A stretch of 64,000 nucleotides of DNA from Oscillospiraceae bacterium. GTDB lineage: Bacteria > Bacillota > Clostridia > Oscillospirales > UBA644. Shown here in pieces: positions 38,359 through 46,860 of the stretch. Position 1 is the stretch's first letter. Each line of letters starts with the position of its first letter. The stretch lies in assembly GCA_902783255.1 (NCBI GenBank), contig CACZQB010000038.1:5458-69457 (forward strand). Direction: 5' to 3'. A program made the translations under genes and the position numbers. Under the pieces are notes generated by a model. The model did not search any database. It had not been told where the DNA came from and saw nothing but the letters and a program-made list of their open reading frames with translations.

Positions 38359-39516
38359 ATGAAAAAAATCATTTGCCTTGCTCTTGCAGCCATAATGGTT
38401 CTTGCCATTGCTGCATGCGGAGAAAACGGTGCGAAGTCCGATCAGGAACTTGCCGACGAGGCAGCAAAACTTATCGATGCTATCTATGTTCAGGAAAGAA
38501 CTGATAAAACAGATGAGCAGTGCACAGCAGCAAAAGCTGCCTGGGATGCGCTTACGGATGCTCAGAAAGAGCTTGTAAGCGGCGAATACGCAGATCCGGA
38601 TTATTTCGGAAGAGATACGGGTGATGCTTCGGCTGATGATCCGCTCAATGCAGACGAGATAGGAAATAAAGAAATTCTTGTCGTAAGTTTCGGCACATCA
38701 TTCAACAACAGCCGCGCGACGGATATAAAAGGGATCGAAGATGCTGTTGCAAAAGCATTTCCGGACTGGTCTGTAAGACGCGCCTTCACGGCACAGATCA
38801 TTATCAACCATATCCAGGCGCGTGACGGCGAAAAAATAGACAACATGACCCAGGCTCTTGACCGTGCGGTCGCAAACGGAGTTGAAACTCTTGTTGTTCA
38901 GCCCACACATCTTATGCACGGTGCTGAATACGACGAACTTACAGGGGTACTCGATCAGTATAAAGACAAAATAGCCACCATAGTTGTTGCCGAACCTTTA
39001 CTCGGTGCGGTCGGTTCAGACGCTTCTGAAATAAATGAAGATAAAAAGAACGTGGCTGTCGCAATTGCCGATGCAGCAAGAAAAGACGGAAGTTTCACTA
39101 CTCTTGATGCCGTAGAGGAATCCGGTACTGCTTTTGTGTTTATGGGCCACGGCACATCACATACCGCCAAAATTACATATTCCCAGATGCAGGCTCAGAT
39201 GGATGAACTCGGATATAAGAACGTTTTTATAGGCACTGTTGAAGGCGAACCTGAAGAAACTTCATGTGAAGAGATCATAAATCGTGTTCATGAGGCGGGA
39301 TATAAAAATGTCGTTCTGCGTCCTCTCATGGTAGTTGCGGGAGATCACGCCAATAACGATATGGCAGGCGAAGACGAAGATTCATGGATAAGCATGTTCG
39401 CGGCCTCTGGTTATTTTGATAATCTGTCTACTCAGATTGCAGGCCTCGGCAGACTTACAGCTGTTCAGGAACAGTATATTGCCCATACTCAGGCTGCGAT
39501 CGACTCTATTGGATGA
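38359..39516 (+). CDS. cbiK: Lipoprotein-anchored (exported) CbiK-family class II chelatase homolog
   Basis: 385 aa. Signal peptide plus lipobox MKKIICLALAAIMVLAIAAC, a linker of about 100 aa, then a CbiK fold with VVQPTHLMHGAEY and FVFMGHGTSH His-containing blocks. GGAGGA RBS. Confidence 0.7.
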   Translation: MKKIICLALAAIMVLAIAACGENGAKSDQELADEAAKLIDAIYVQERTDKTDEQCTAAKAAWDALTDAQKELVSGEYADPDYFGRDTGDASADDPLNADEIGNKEILVVSFGTSFNNSRATDIKGIEDAVAKAFPDWSVRRAFTAQIIINHIQARDGEKIDNMTQALDRAVANGVETLVVQPTHLMHGAEYDELTGVLDQYKDKIATIVVAEPLLGAVGSDASEINEDKKNVAVAIADAARKDGSFTTLDAVEESGTAFVFMGHGTSHTAKITYSQMQAQMDELGYKNVFIGTVEGEPEETSCEEIINRVHEAGYKNVVLRPLMVVAGDHANNDMAGEDEDSWISMFAASGYFDNLSTQIAGLGRLTAVQEQYIAHTQAAIDSIG

Positions 39517-39531
39517 TCCGGGTAAATTCGA

Positions 39532-40299
39532 TTGAAAAAATTTCTTATTTTAATTATTCTGGCAGTGGCATTCGCTCTTTCGTCATGCAGCAATGCCGCA
39601 GATCAGACTGAGAATAAACCGCTTCTCAGGGATGGGGTTTACTCTGCGAAATTCACCACCGACGGCTCTATGTTTCATGTAAATGAAGCATACAAAGGCA
39701 GAGGAATACTGACCGTAAAAGACGGAACAATGACGATCCATATCACCATGCCTTCAAAAAATACCGTAAACCTTTTTGCCGGGAAAGCAGAGGATGCGCA
39801 GAAAAACGGAGCGCTCCTTATTGCCCCCACAGTCGATACTGTTACTTATGAAGACGGAATGCAGGAAGAAGTATTCGGTTTTGATCTTCCCGTCCCGTAT
39901 ATCGGCGAAGAATTTGACTGTGCTCTAGTAGGCACGAAGGGCAAATGGTACGATCATAAAGTTTCAGTCGATGATCCCGTGAGAATTATTGAAGACGGGG
40001 AGTATACCGTAAATGTTACACTGTCGGGAGGCGCAGGCAAAGCATCTGTAGATTCGCCCGCTAAACTTATTGCAGAAAACGGGGTATATACTGCCGAGCT
40101 TGTATGGAGCAGTCCCAATTACGAATATGTAGTTGTTGACGGAGTTCAGTATGACAGGCTCGACAGAGAGGGCAATTCCGCTTTTCTTATCCCGGTTCGC
40201 ATAGACGAGGAGATCAGGATCAGCGCTCTCACAACGGCAATGAGTACTCCTCACCTTATTGAATACACTCTGTTTTTTGACGGTGAAACGATAGAGTAA
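39532..40299 (+). CDS. Two-domain surface lipoprotein of unknown function (possible tetrapyrrole-binding beta-sandwich repeats)
   Basis: 255 aa with a TTG start and lipobox AFALSSC. There are two tandem domains of about 110 aa, each opening with DG.Y and ending in beta-strand-like ...V/FD. I recognise no confident family. Confidence 0.5.
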   Translation: MKKFLILIILAVAFALSSCSNAADQTENKPLLRDGVYSAKFTTDGSMFHVNEAYKGRGILTVKDGTMTIHITMPSKNTVNLFAGKAEDAQKNGALLIAPTVDTVTYEDGMQEEVFGFDLPVPYIGEEFDCALVGTKGKWYDHKVSVDDPVRIIEDGEYTVNVTLSGGAGKASVDSPAKLIAENGVYTAELVWSSPNYEYVVVDGVQYDRLDREGNSAFLIPVRIDEEIRISALTTAMSTPHLIEYTLFFDGETIE

Positions 40300-40302
40300 G
40301 AA

Positions 40303-41457
40303 ATGAATAACAAAATGCGTACCGGATTATTGTCGGTTTTCATGATCATCGCCGTTGCGATACTCAGTTTATCCGGATGTAATACAGTTCATGCAAAAGA
40401 CGAAAAATCCGGGCAGATGCCGGCATTTCTGTACAGTATGCCGCTTGACTATGCCTCTCAGTTTTCCGTTGATTGTTACGAAAACGGATATAAACTGCTG
40501 TCTTTTGCGAACGGAGACCGTATTTTTATGGTTCCCGAAGGAGCGGATATTCCTTCGGGACTTGACGAAGGAACAAAAATACTGAAATGTCCGGTTAGCA
40601 GTATTTACCTTGCCGCCACATCGGCAATGAGTCTTTTTGATTCACTCGGAATACTTGACGTTATCAGGCTCTCAGGCACTCAGGCAGACGGCTGGTATAT
40701 CGACAACGCCAAAAAAGCAATGACAGAAGGGAAGATCGTATACGCAGGCAAATACAATCAGCCCGACTACGAGCTTATTACCTCCGAAAAATGTCCTCTG
40801 GCAGTCGAGTCGATGATGATAGGTCATGCATCCGATATAAAAGAGCAGCTTGAAAACCTCGGAATTATTGTTCTTACGGATCAGTCGAGCAATGAACCTC
40901 ATCCTCTCGGCCGCGCTGAATGGATAAAGCTTTACGGCGCGATATTCGATAAGGAAGATACAGCTGAGAACGCATTCGGTGAACAAAAAAAATACCTCGA
41001 TGATATTTCTATGAAGGAAACGACCGGTAAGACCGTTGCATTTTTTTATGTCAGCTCCTCCGGAAGAATCGTTGTAAGAAAAAGCGAGGACTATGTCAGC
41101 AAAATGATCTCTCTTGCGGGCGGCAGATATGTTTTTGCGGAAATTGGGGATAATACAACAAAAACATCTTCTGTTACCATCGATCCCGAGGCGTTTTACG
41201 CATCAGCGCATAATGCAGATATTCTGATATATAATTCAACAATAGGCAGCGAGATCAGGTCTCTTGATGAACTTATTGAAAAATGTGAGCTTCTTGCCGA
41301 TTTTGATGCCGTTAAAAACGGAAATGTATGGTGCACGCAGAAAAATATGTACCAGGAAACAATGTCGCTCGGTGCTATGATAAACAGTTTTTACGAAATA
41401 TTTTCTGATAATTCCGGAAATCTTGAAGAAGTACCTTATTTATTTAAATTAAAATAA
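40303..41457 (+). CDS. ABC substrate-binding lipoprotein, cluster A (BtuF/FecB/heme-siderophore-B12 type), copy 1
   Basis: 384 aa with lipobox LSLSGC and the blocks YASQFSVDCYENGYKLL and HPLGRAEWIKLYGAIF. Confidence 0.75.
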   Translation: MNNKMRTGLLSVFMIIAVAILSLSGCNTVHAKDEKSGQMPAFLYSMPLDYASQFSVDCYENGYKLLSFANGDRIFMVPEGADIPSGLDEGTKILKCPVSSIYLAATSAMSLFDSLGILDVIRLSGTQADGWYIDNAKKAMTEGKIVYAGKYNQPDYELITSEKCPLAVESMMIGHASDIKEQLENLGIIVLTDQSSNEPHPLGRAEWIKLYGAIFDKEDTAENAFGEQKKYLDDISMKETTGKTVAFFYVSSSGRIVVRKSEDYVSKMISLAGGRYVFAEIGDNTTKTSSVTIDPEAFYASAHNADILIYNSTIGSEIRSLDELIEKCELLADFDAVKNGNVWCTQKNMYQETMSLGAMINSFYEIFSDNSGNLEEVPYLFKLK

Positions 41458-41484
41458 CAAAAGAACAAAGCAAAGGAAGCTAAA

Positions 41485-42672
41485 ATGAAAAAATTCAATC
41501 TTAAAGCAATTTCAATGCTGCTTGCGGTTGTAATGCTTTTAACAGTATTTGCTGCTTGCTCAAACAATGATTCAAAACCCGAAAACAACGATAATGCAAC
41601 CGAACAGTCACAGCAGAATGAGCAGACCGAAGAAAACTATGACGGCAAACTCGTATTCGATCATTCAATGGAACTCAAGTATGCAAAATGCTTCTCCGTT
41701 GATTACTATAAGGGCGGATACAAGCTTATAAAACTTGTTGACGATTCCGCAATTCTCGTTGTTCCCGAAGGAATGAGCGTTCCGGCAGATAAACCTGAAA
41801 ACGCAGTAGTACTTCAGCAGCCCGTATCAAACATTCTTGTTTCATCCACACCTGTCACATCTCTTATAAATTCCATCGGCGCGCTTGATTCCATATCTCT
41901 TACAACATACGATGCCGATTCGTGGTATATTGACGATGTAAAACAGGCGATCCTCGACGGCAAAATCACCTATATCGGCGATTATAAAGCTCCGGACTAT
42001 GAAATGATCACTGCTGCAGGCACAACTTTCGCATTTTTCTCAACAATGCTCACAGACGATGTCAAAGAGCAGCTTCAGAATATAGGCGTAGACGTTATCC
42101 TTGACCAGTCTGCTCAGGAAGATCATCCCCTCGCAAGAGTTGAATGGGCAAAACTTTACGGCGCGATTTTCAATAAAGAGGATAATGCCGAAACTGTGTT
42201 CAATACCCAGGCAAACTATGTTGACGAGCTCTCAAAACTTGAAAAAACGGGCAAAACCGTCGCCATGTTCTATATAACGTCAAAAGGTGTTCTCTATGCA
42301 AGAAATGCGGATGACTACATGGCAAAAATGATAGCTCTTGCAGGTGGCGATTATGTTCTTTCAGATGTCGGAGTCGGTGAGACCGGAACCGTGAAAATGG
42401 AAATGGAAGCATTTTTCGACAAAGCAAAAGACGCCGACTATATAGTGTATATCTGGTCAATGGGCGGAAAACCCGAAACTCTTGCCGCATTTACCGAAAG
42501 AGCAGAGATCCTCGGTGATATGAAAGCAGTAAAAGAAGGAAATGTATGGTGCACAACACCCGATTATTTCCAGATTCAAAACACGATAGGCAGTATGATA
42601 AACGATATCAGACTTATGATGGATGCAGATGCTTCGACCGATAATCTGACCTATCTGTTCCGTCTTAAATAA
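41485..42672 (+). CDS. ABC substrate-binding lipoprotein, cluster A, copy 2 (paralog of 40303-41457)
   Basis: 395 aa with lipobox TVFAAC. Colinear with copy 1 (YAKCFSVDYYKGGYKLI, HPLARVEWAKLYGAIF, GNVWCT). Confidence 0.75.
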   Translation: MKKFNLKAISMLLAVVMLLTVFAACSNNDSKPENNDNATEQSQQNEQTEENYDGKLVFDHSMELKYAKCFSVDYYKGGYKLIKLVDDSAILVVPEGMSVPADKPENAVVLQQPVSNILVSSTPVTSLINSIGALDSISLTTYDADSWYIDDVKQAILDGKITYIGDYKAPDYEMITAAGTTFAFFSTMLTDDVKEQLQNIGVDVILDQSAQEDHPLARVEWAKLYGAIFNKEDNAETVFNTQANYVDELSKLEKTGKTVAMFYITSKGVLYARNADDYMAKMIALAGGDYVLSDVGVGETGTVKMEMEAFFDKAKDADYIVYIWSMGGKPETLAAFTERAEILGDMKAVKEGNVWCTTPDYFQIQNTIGSMINDIRLMMDADASTDNLTYLFRLK

Positions 42673-43712
42673 TGGGCACTCTCAATAAAAACAATAATAC
42701 GAATACCATGCGGTTCTGCATGGTATTCGTGTCATTTATTATTCTGTATATCATTGCAGTTTTCTGGAATATTATGAGCGGAAGCGTTAATATTTCGGTC
42801 TCTGAAATGGCAGATATCATCTTTAATGGCAACGCAACAAACTCTGTTGCTTACAACGTGATCTGGAAGATCCGTCTTCCGAGACTCATGCTTGCGTCTC
42901 TTCTTGGCGGAGCGCTTTCGCTTTCAGGTTTTCTTATTCAAACTTTTTTCAGAAATCCAATCGCAGGCCCGTTCGTTCTCGGTATATCATCGGGTGCAAA
43001 AATGTTCCTTGCCATCGTTACGATAGCAATGAACGGTTTTTTCAGCAGTATGCCGCTTTCTGTTACCGTTATTGCGTCTTTTGTAGGCTCACTGCTGTCA
43101 ATGCTGCTCGTTCTTCTCTTTACCGGCAGAGTAAAAAACATGTCAATGCTTCTTGTTATCGGTATTATGATAAGTTACATATGCTCCGCCGTAACCGACT
43201 TGCTGATAAACTTCGCGAATGAATCTGATATCGTAAATCTTACGCATTGGTCTCTCGGCAGCTTTTCCGCTGCGTCATGGCAGGATGTAAAAATATCCGC
43301 TTTTATAATCATTCCGTCGTTTATCGCTATTTTCTGTTTTTCAAAGCCGATGTTCGCATATTCTCTCGGCGAGGAATATGCTCAAAGTCTGGGACTAAAC
43401 GTAAAGCTTTTCAGAGCTTTTCTGGTTATCGCCACAGGCATTCTTTCAGCATGTGTCGTTTCGTTTGCAGGACCGATTTCTTTCGTCGGCATCGCGGTCC
43501 CTCATATAGCAAGAATGGTTCTTAAAACATCAAAGCCTATAATAATGATACCCGCAACGTTTTTGCTCGGCGCGTTTTTCTGCGTTATCTGCGATCTTGC
43601 CGCAAGAATGCTTTTTTCGCCTACGGAGCTTTCGATCAGCACCGTTACAAGCGTTATCGGGGCGCCGATAGTTATCTGGCTGATGATCTCAAGGAGAAAA
43701 AATGGAAACTGA
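42672..43712 (+). CDS. FecCD/BtuC family ABC permease
   Basis: 346 aa polytopic protein with the FecCD-type block RLPRLMLASLLGGALSLSGFLIQTFFRNPIAGPFVLGISSGA. Confidence 0.85.
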   Translation: MGTLNKNNNTNTMRFCMVFVSFIILYIIAVFWNIMSGSVNISVSEMADIIFNGNATNSVAYNVIWKIRLPRLMLASLLGGALSLSGFLIQTFFRNPIAGPFVLGISSGAKMFLAIVTIAMNGFFSSMPLSVTVIASFVGSLLSMLLVLLFTGRVKNMSMLLVIGIMISYICSAVTDLLINFANESDIVNLTHWSLGSFSAASWQDVKISAFIIIPSFIAIFCFSKPMFAYSLGEEYAQSLGLNVKLFRAFLVIATGILSACVVSFAGPISFVGIAVPHIARMVLKTSKPIIMIPATFLLGAFFCVICDLAARMLFSPTELSISTVTSVIGAPIVIWLMISRRKNGN

Positions 43713-44898
43713 AAAGGAAAACACACGACTGAAGGCTGATGCTTTGACTGAAAAAAATTACGATCAATCCGGCATTCCAAAACTTGAAATGAATTCCGCC
43801 ACCGTCGGATATAATGGCGCCCCTTTGATCTCCGATATCAATATTTCGGTAGAAAAAGGGGAGATAGTATCTCTGATAGGACCAAACGGAGCAGGCAAGT
43901 CGACAATTCTTAAAAGTATCACGCGCCATCTTGCAATGATTGCCGGCACAGTCTATATAGACGGCAAAAATATGCGTGTAATGAGCGGAAGAGAAACGGC
44001 TCTCAAAATGTCAGTCATGCTTACAGATCGGCTGAAGCCGGATCTTATGACTTGCAGGGAACTCGTATCCGCAGGGCGTTATCCGTACACGGGAGGATTC
44101 GGACTTCTGTCTCAGAAAGATAAGGAAATAATCGAAAGATCTCTCGCCCGTGTAAACGCATCGGATATTGCCGATAAAGAGATAACTGCAATAAGCGACG
44201 GTCAGCGCCAGCGCGTTTTGCTCGCAAGGGCGCTTTGTCAGGAACCGGAAATAATCGTTCTTGACGAGCCTACATCATATCTTGACATTCGAAATAAAAT
44301 AGAGCTTCTCGATATCTTATCAGAAATGGCAAAAAAAGAAAAAATAGCCGTTATTATGAGTCTGCATGAGATCGATCTCGCAGAAAGGATCTCCGATAAG
44401 ATCGTATGCGTGAAGGGCGATCGTATATATTCATACGGCACAGCGTCGGAAATATTTTCGGATACGAATATCGCGTCTCTTTACGATATAAAAAAAGGCC
44501 ACTTTAATGCTCTTTTAGGCAGTATAGAGCTCAAAAAACCTCAGGGCGAAATAAAATGCTTTGTCGTTGGCGGCAACGGCACAGGTATTCCGTTTTACCG
44601 AGCATTGCAAAAGAAAGGAACGGCTTTTGCGGCTGGAATTCTACAAAAAAACGATATCGACTCTGCTGTCGCTCTTGCTCTGGCGTCGGAAATAGTTTTT
44701 TCGGATGCATTCTGCCCCATTACGCCCGAACAGGTTTGCAGAGCAAAACAGCTTATCGATTCCGTTATATTTCTTGCGGACTGCGGATGTGAAACGGGAG
44801 AATACAACAAAGAAAATGCGGCACTTATCGAGTACGCAAAAAAAACGGGGAAACATATTCTGACATCTCCCAAAGAAATTGCGGAGGCTGGATTATGA
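43702..44898 (+). CDS. ABC ATPase (FecE/BtuD type) with a C-terminal extension of about 130 aa and unknown function
   Basis: Walker A GPNGAGKST, signature ISDGQRQRV, Walker B IIVLDEPTS. Residues from about 265 to 398 (from about nt 44494) form an extra domain containing VVGGNGTG. Confidence 0.8.
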   Translation: METEKENTRLKADALTEKNYDQSGIPKLEMNSATVGYNGAPLISDINISVEKGEIVSLIGPNGAGKSTILKSITRHLAMIAGTVYIDGKNMRVMSGRETALKMSVMLTDRLKPDLMTCRELVSAGRYPYTGGFGLLSQKDKEIIERSLARVNASDIADKEITAISDGQRQRVLLARALCQEPEIIVLDEPTSYLDIRNKIELLDILSEMAKKEKIAVIMSLHEIDLAERISDKIVCVKGDRIYSYGTASEIFSDTNIASLYDIKKGHFNALLGSIELKKPQGEIKCFVVGGNGTGIPFYRALQKKGTAFAAGILQKNDIDSAVALALASEIVFSDAFCPITPEQVCRAKQLIDSVIFLADCGCETGEYNKENAALIEYAKKTGKHILTSPKEIAEAGL

Positions 44899-46262
44899 CT
44901 CAACCCCGTGTGCTTATTGCCGGTACCTCAAGCTCAAGCGGAAAAACAACTGCAGTCTGTGCGCTCCTGTCTCTTCTGAAGCGCAGAAGAATATCAGTCA
45001 GATCCTTCAAATGCGGACCTGATTATATCGATCCGATGTTTCACAGATCCGTGATCGGCATAAAGTGCTCTAACCTTGATCCGTTTTTTTGTGATGATGA
45101 TCTTCTCAGATATCTTCTTTTTGAAAATGCGGCAGGTAATCTTGCCGTCATAGAAGGAGTTATGGGGTACTATGACGGAACGGGTGATAACGGCTCTGAC
45201 AACAGCACATACTCCGTCGCAATAAAAACGGATTCACCGGTTATTATTGTCGTGAACGCTAAGGGAGCTTCGTCTTCGCTTTTAGCTGTTGTCGAGGGAT
45301 TTCTTAACTATCTTCCGAACAGCAATATCCGAGGTGTTCTTTTCAACAGAATGTCCTTGATGAACTACAAATACGTATGTTCGCTTATGAAAATGCGCTT
45401 TCGTGATTCCGTAATTCCCGTAGGGTATATTCCCGAACTTCCCGATGAGTGCCTTTTCCCGTCAAGACACCTCGGTCTTGTAACCGCTGCCGAAATAACG
45501 GATTTGCAGAAAAAACTTGATAAGATAGCCGATATATGTGAAAATACCATAGACATAGACGCGGTTCTTTCCATTGCAGATAAAGCAGGAAGGCTCAACT
45601 GCACATCCCCGGCAGTTCCGGCGCACGAAAAGATCAATATTGCAGCGGCATTTGATTCTGCTTTTTGCTTTTATTACAGCGATAATTTTGATCTTCTGAA
45701 AAAAATGGGAGCGGAAATAACGTTTTTTTCACCGCTGAAAAACGAACCTGTTCCGCGGAATGCGGATGGACTCCTGCTGGGCGGCGGTTATCCGGAGCTT
45801 TATACCGATATCCTCGAAAAAAACGAAATATCCAAAAACAGCATTTTAAACAGTATTGAAAGCGGTATGCCTGCAATAGCCGAATGCGGCGGATTTCAGT
45901 ATCTCGGAAAGACTGTGGACGGTAAAAAAATGTGCGGGCTTTTTGACAGCGAAAGCTTTTCTGCAAACAAACTCGTCAGATTCGGCTATAATACCATAAC
46001 ATCCGAAAAAGACGGTATTTTCGGCAAGAAAGGTACCTCTTTCAAAGCACACGAATTTCATTACTGGGACAGCACTTTAAACGGAGACAGCTTTACTGCC
46101 GTAAAACCAAACGGCAAGAGCTGGAAATGCGCCTTTACCACAGATACGCTTTATGCCGGTTATCCTCATTTGTATCTTTGGTCAAACCTGCCGGCGGCAA
46201 ATAATTTTTACAATAAATGCCTGGAATACAAGGAGAGAAAAAATGATCATCAACGACCCTAA
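44895..46262 (+). CDS. cbiA: Cobyrinate a,c-diamide synthase
   Basis: 455 aa with GTSSSSGKTT and the glutamine amidotransferase block AECGGFQYLG. Confidence 0.9.
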   Translation: MTQPRVLIAGTSSSSGKTTAVCALLSLLKRRRISVRSFKCGPDYIDPMFHRSVIGIKCSNLDPFFCDDDLLRYLLFENAAGNLAVIEGVMGYYDGTGDNGSDNSTYSVAIKTDSPVIIVVNAKGASSSLLAVVEGFLNYLPNSNIRGVLFNRMSLMNYKYVCSLMKMRFRDSVIPVGYIPELPDECLFPSRHLGLVTAAEITDLQKKLDKIADICENTIDIDAVLSIADKAGRLNCTSPAVPAHEKINIAAAFDSAFCFYYSDNFDLLKKMGAEITFFSPLKNEPVPRNADGLLLGGGYPELYTDILEKNEISKNSILNSIESGMPAIAECGGFQYLGKTVDGKKMCGLFDSESFSANKLVRFGYNTITSEKDGIFGKKGTSFKAHEFHYWDSTLNGDSFTAVKPNGKSWKCAFTTDTLYAGYPHLYLWSNLPAANNFYNKCLEYKERKNDHQRP

Positions 46263-46860
46263 CGATATAGAAAAACGAAGCATGGAAATAATTGAGAGCG
46301 AGCTTAAAATTGACGTTCCCGACGAAAATAAGGCAGTAGTTAAAAGGGTTATACACTGCACGGCTGATTTCGACTACGCTGTCAACCTGCAGTTTTCCGA
46401 AAATGCCGTAAAGAAAGCTCTTGAGGCCCTGAAAAACGGCTGCACTATAGTCACGGATACCCAAATGGCAAAAGCAGGCATAAATAAGCCTGCCGCAGAG
46501 AAACTCGGATGCAGCGTTTTATGCTATATGAGTGATCCCGATGTCGCCGCCGCCGCAAAAGAGCATGGAGGAACGCGTGCGGCAGCTTCTATGGAAAAGG
46601 CCGCATCACTCGGCAGCAATGTTATTTTTGCGATCGGAAATGCGCCTACTGCATTGCTTAAACTTAAAGAGCTTGCAGATGAAGGCAGAATAGCCCCGAA
46701 ACTTATTATCGGCGTTCCCGTAGGCTTCGTAAACATTACAGAATCAAAAGAGGCGATCATGACGACTGATATCCCGTATATCGTTGCAAAGGGCCGCAAG
46801 GGCGGTTCAAATGTTGCCGCGGCGATCGTCAACGCACTGATGTATCAGCTTACAAGATAA
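46243..46860 (+). CDS. cbiC: Cobalt-precorrin-8 methylmutase
   Basis: VIHCTADFDYA block. I moved the start to MIINDPNDIE (46243), which has AAGGAGAG upstream. The track ORF starts at 46153, inside cbiA. Confidence 0.85.
   Translation: MIINDPNDIEKRSMEIIESELKIDVPDENKAVVKRVIHCTADFDYAVNLQFSENAVKKALEALKNGCTIVTDTQMAKAGINKPAAEKLGCSVLCYMSDPDVAAAAKEHGGTRAAASMEKAASLGSNVIFAIGNAPTALLKLKELADEGRIAPKLIIGVPVGFVNITESKEAIMTTDIPYIVAKGRKGGSNVAAAIVNALMYQLTR

Noticed and set aside
46153-46242. N-terminal extensions in the ORF track. Examples are cbiC from 46153, fnlA from 11541, cobS from 58027, VanZ up to 34280, aqpZ up to 29273, DAK2 up to 25771, GH3 up to 62481 and DIP1984 up to 38068.
   Set aside because: Each extension overlaps the upstream gene or lacks an RBS. 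In each case an internal start has a good Shine-Dalgarno and begins the conserved family N-terminus. Starts were re-assigned accordingly.
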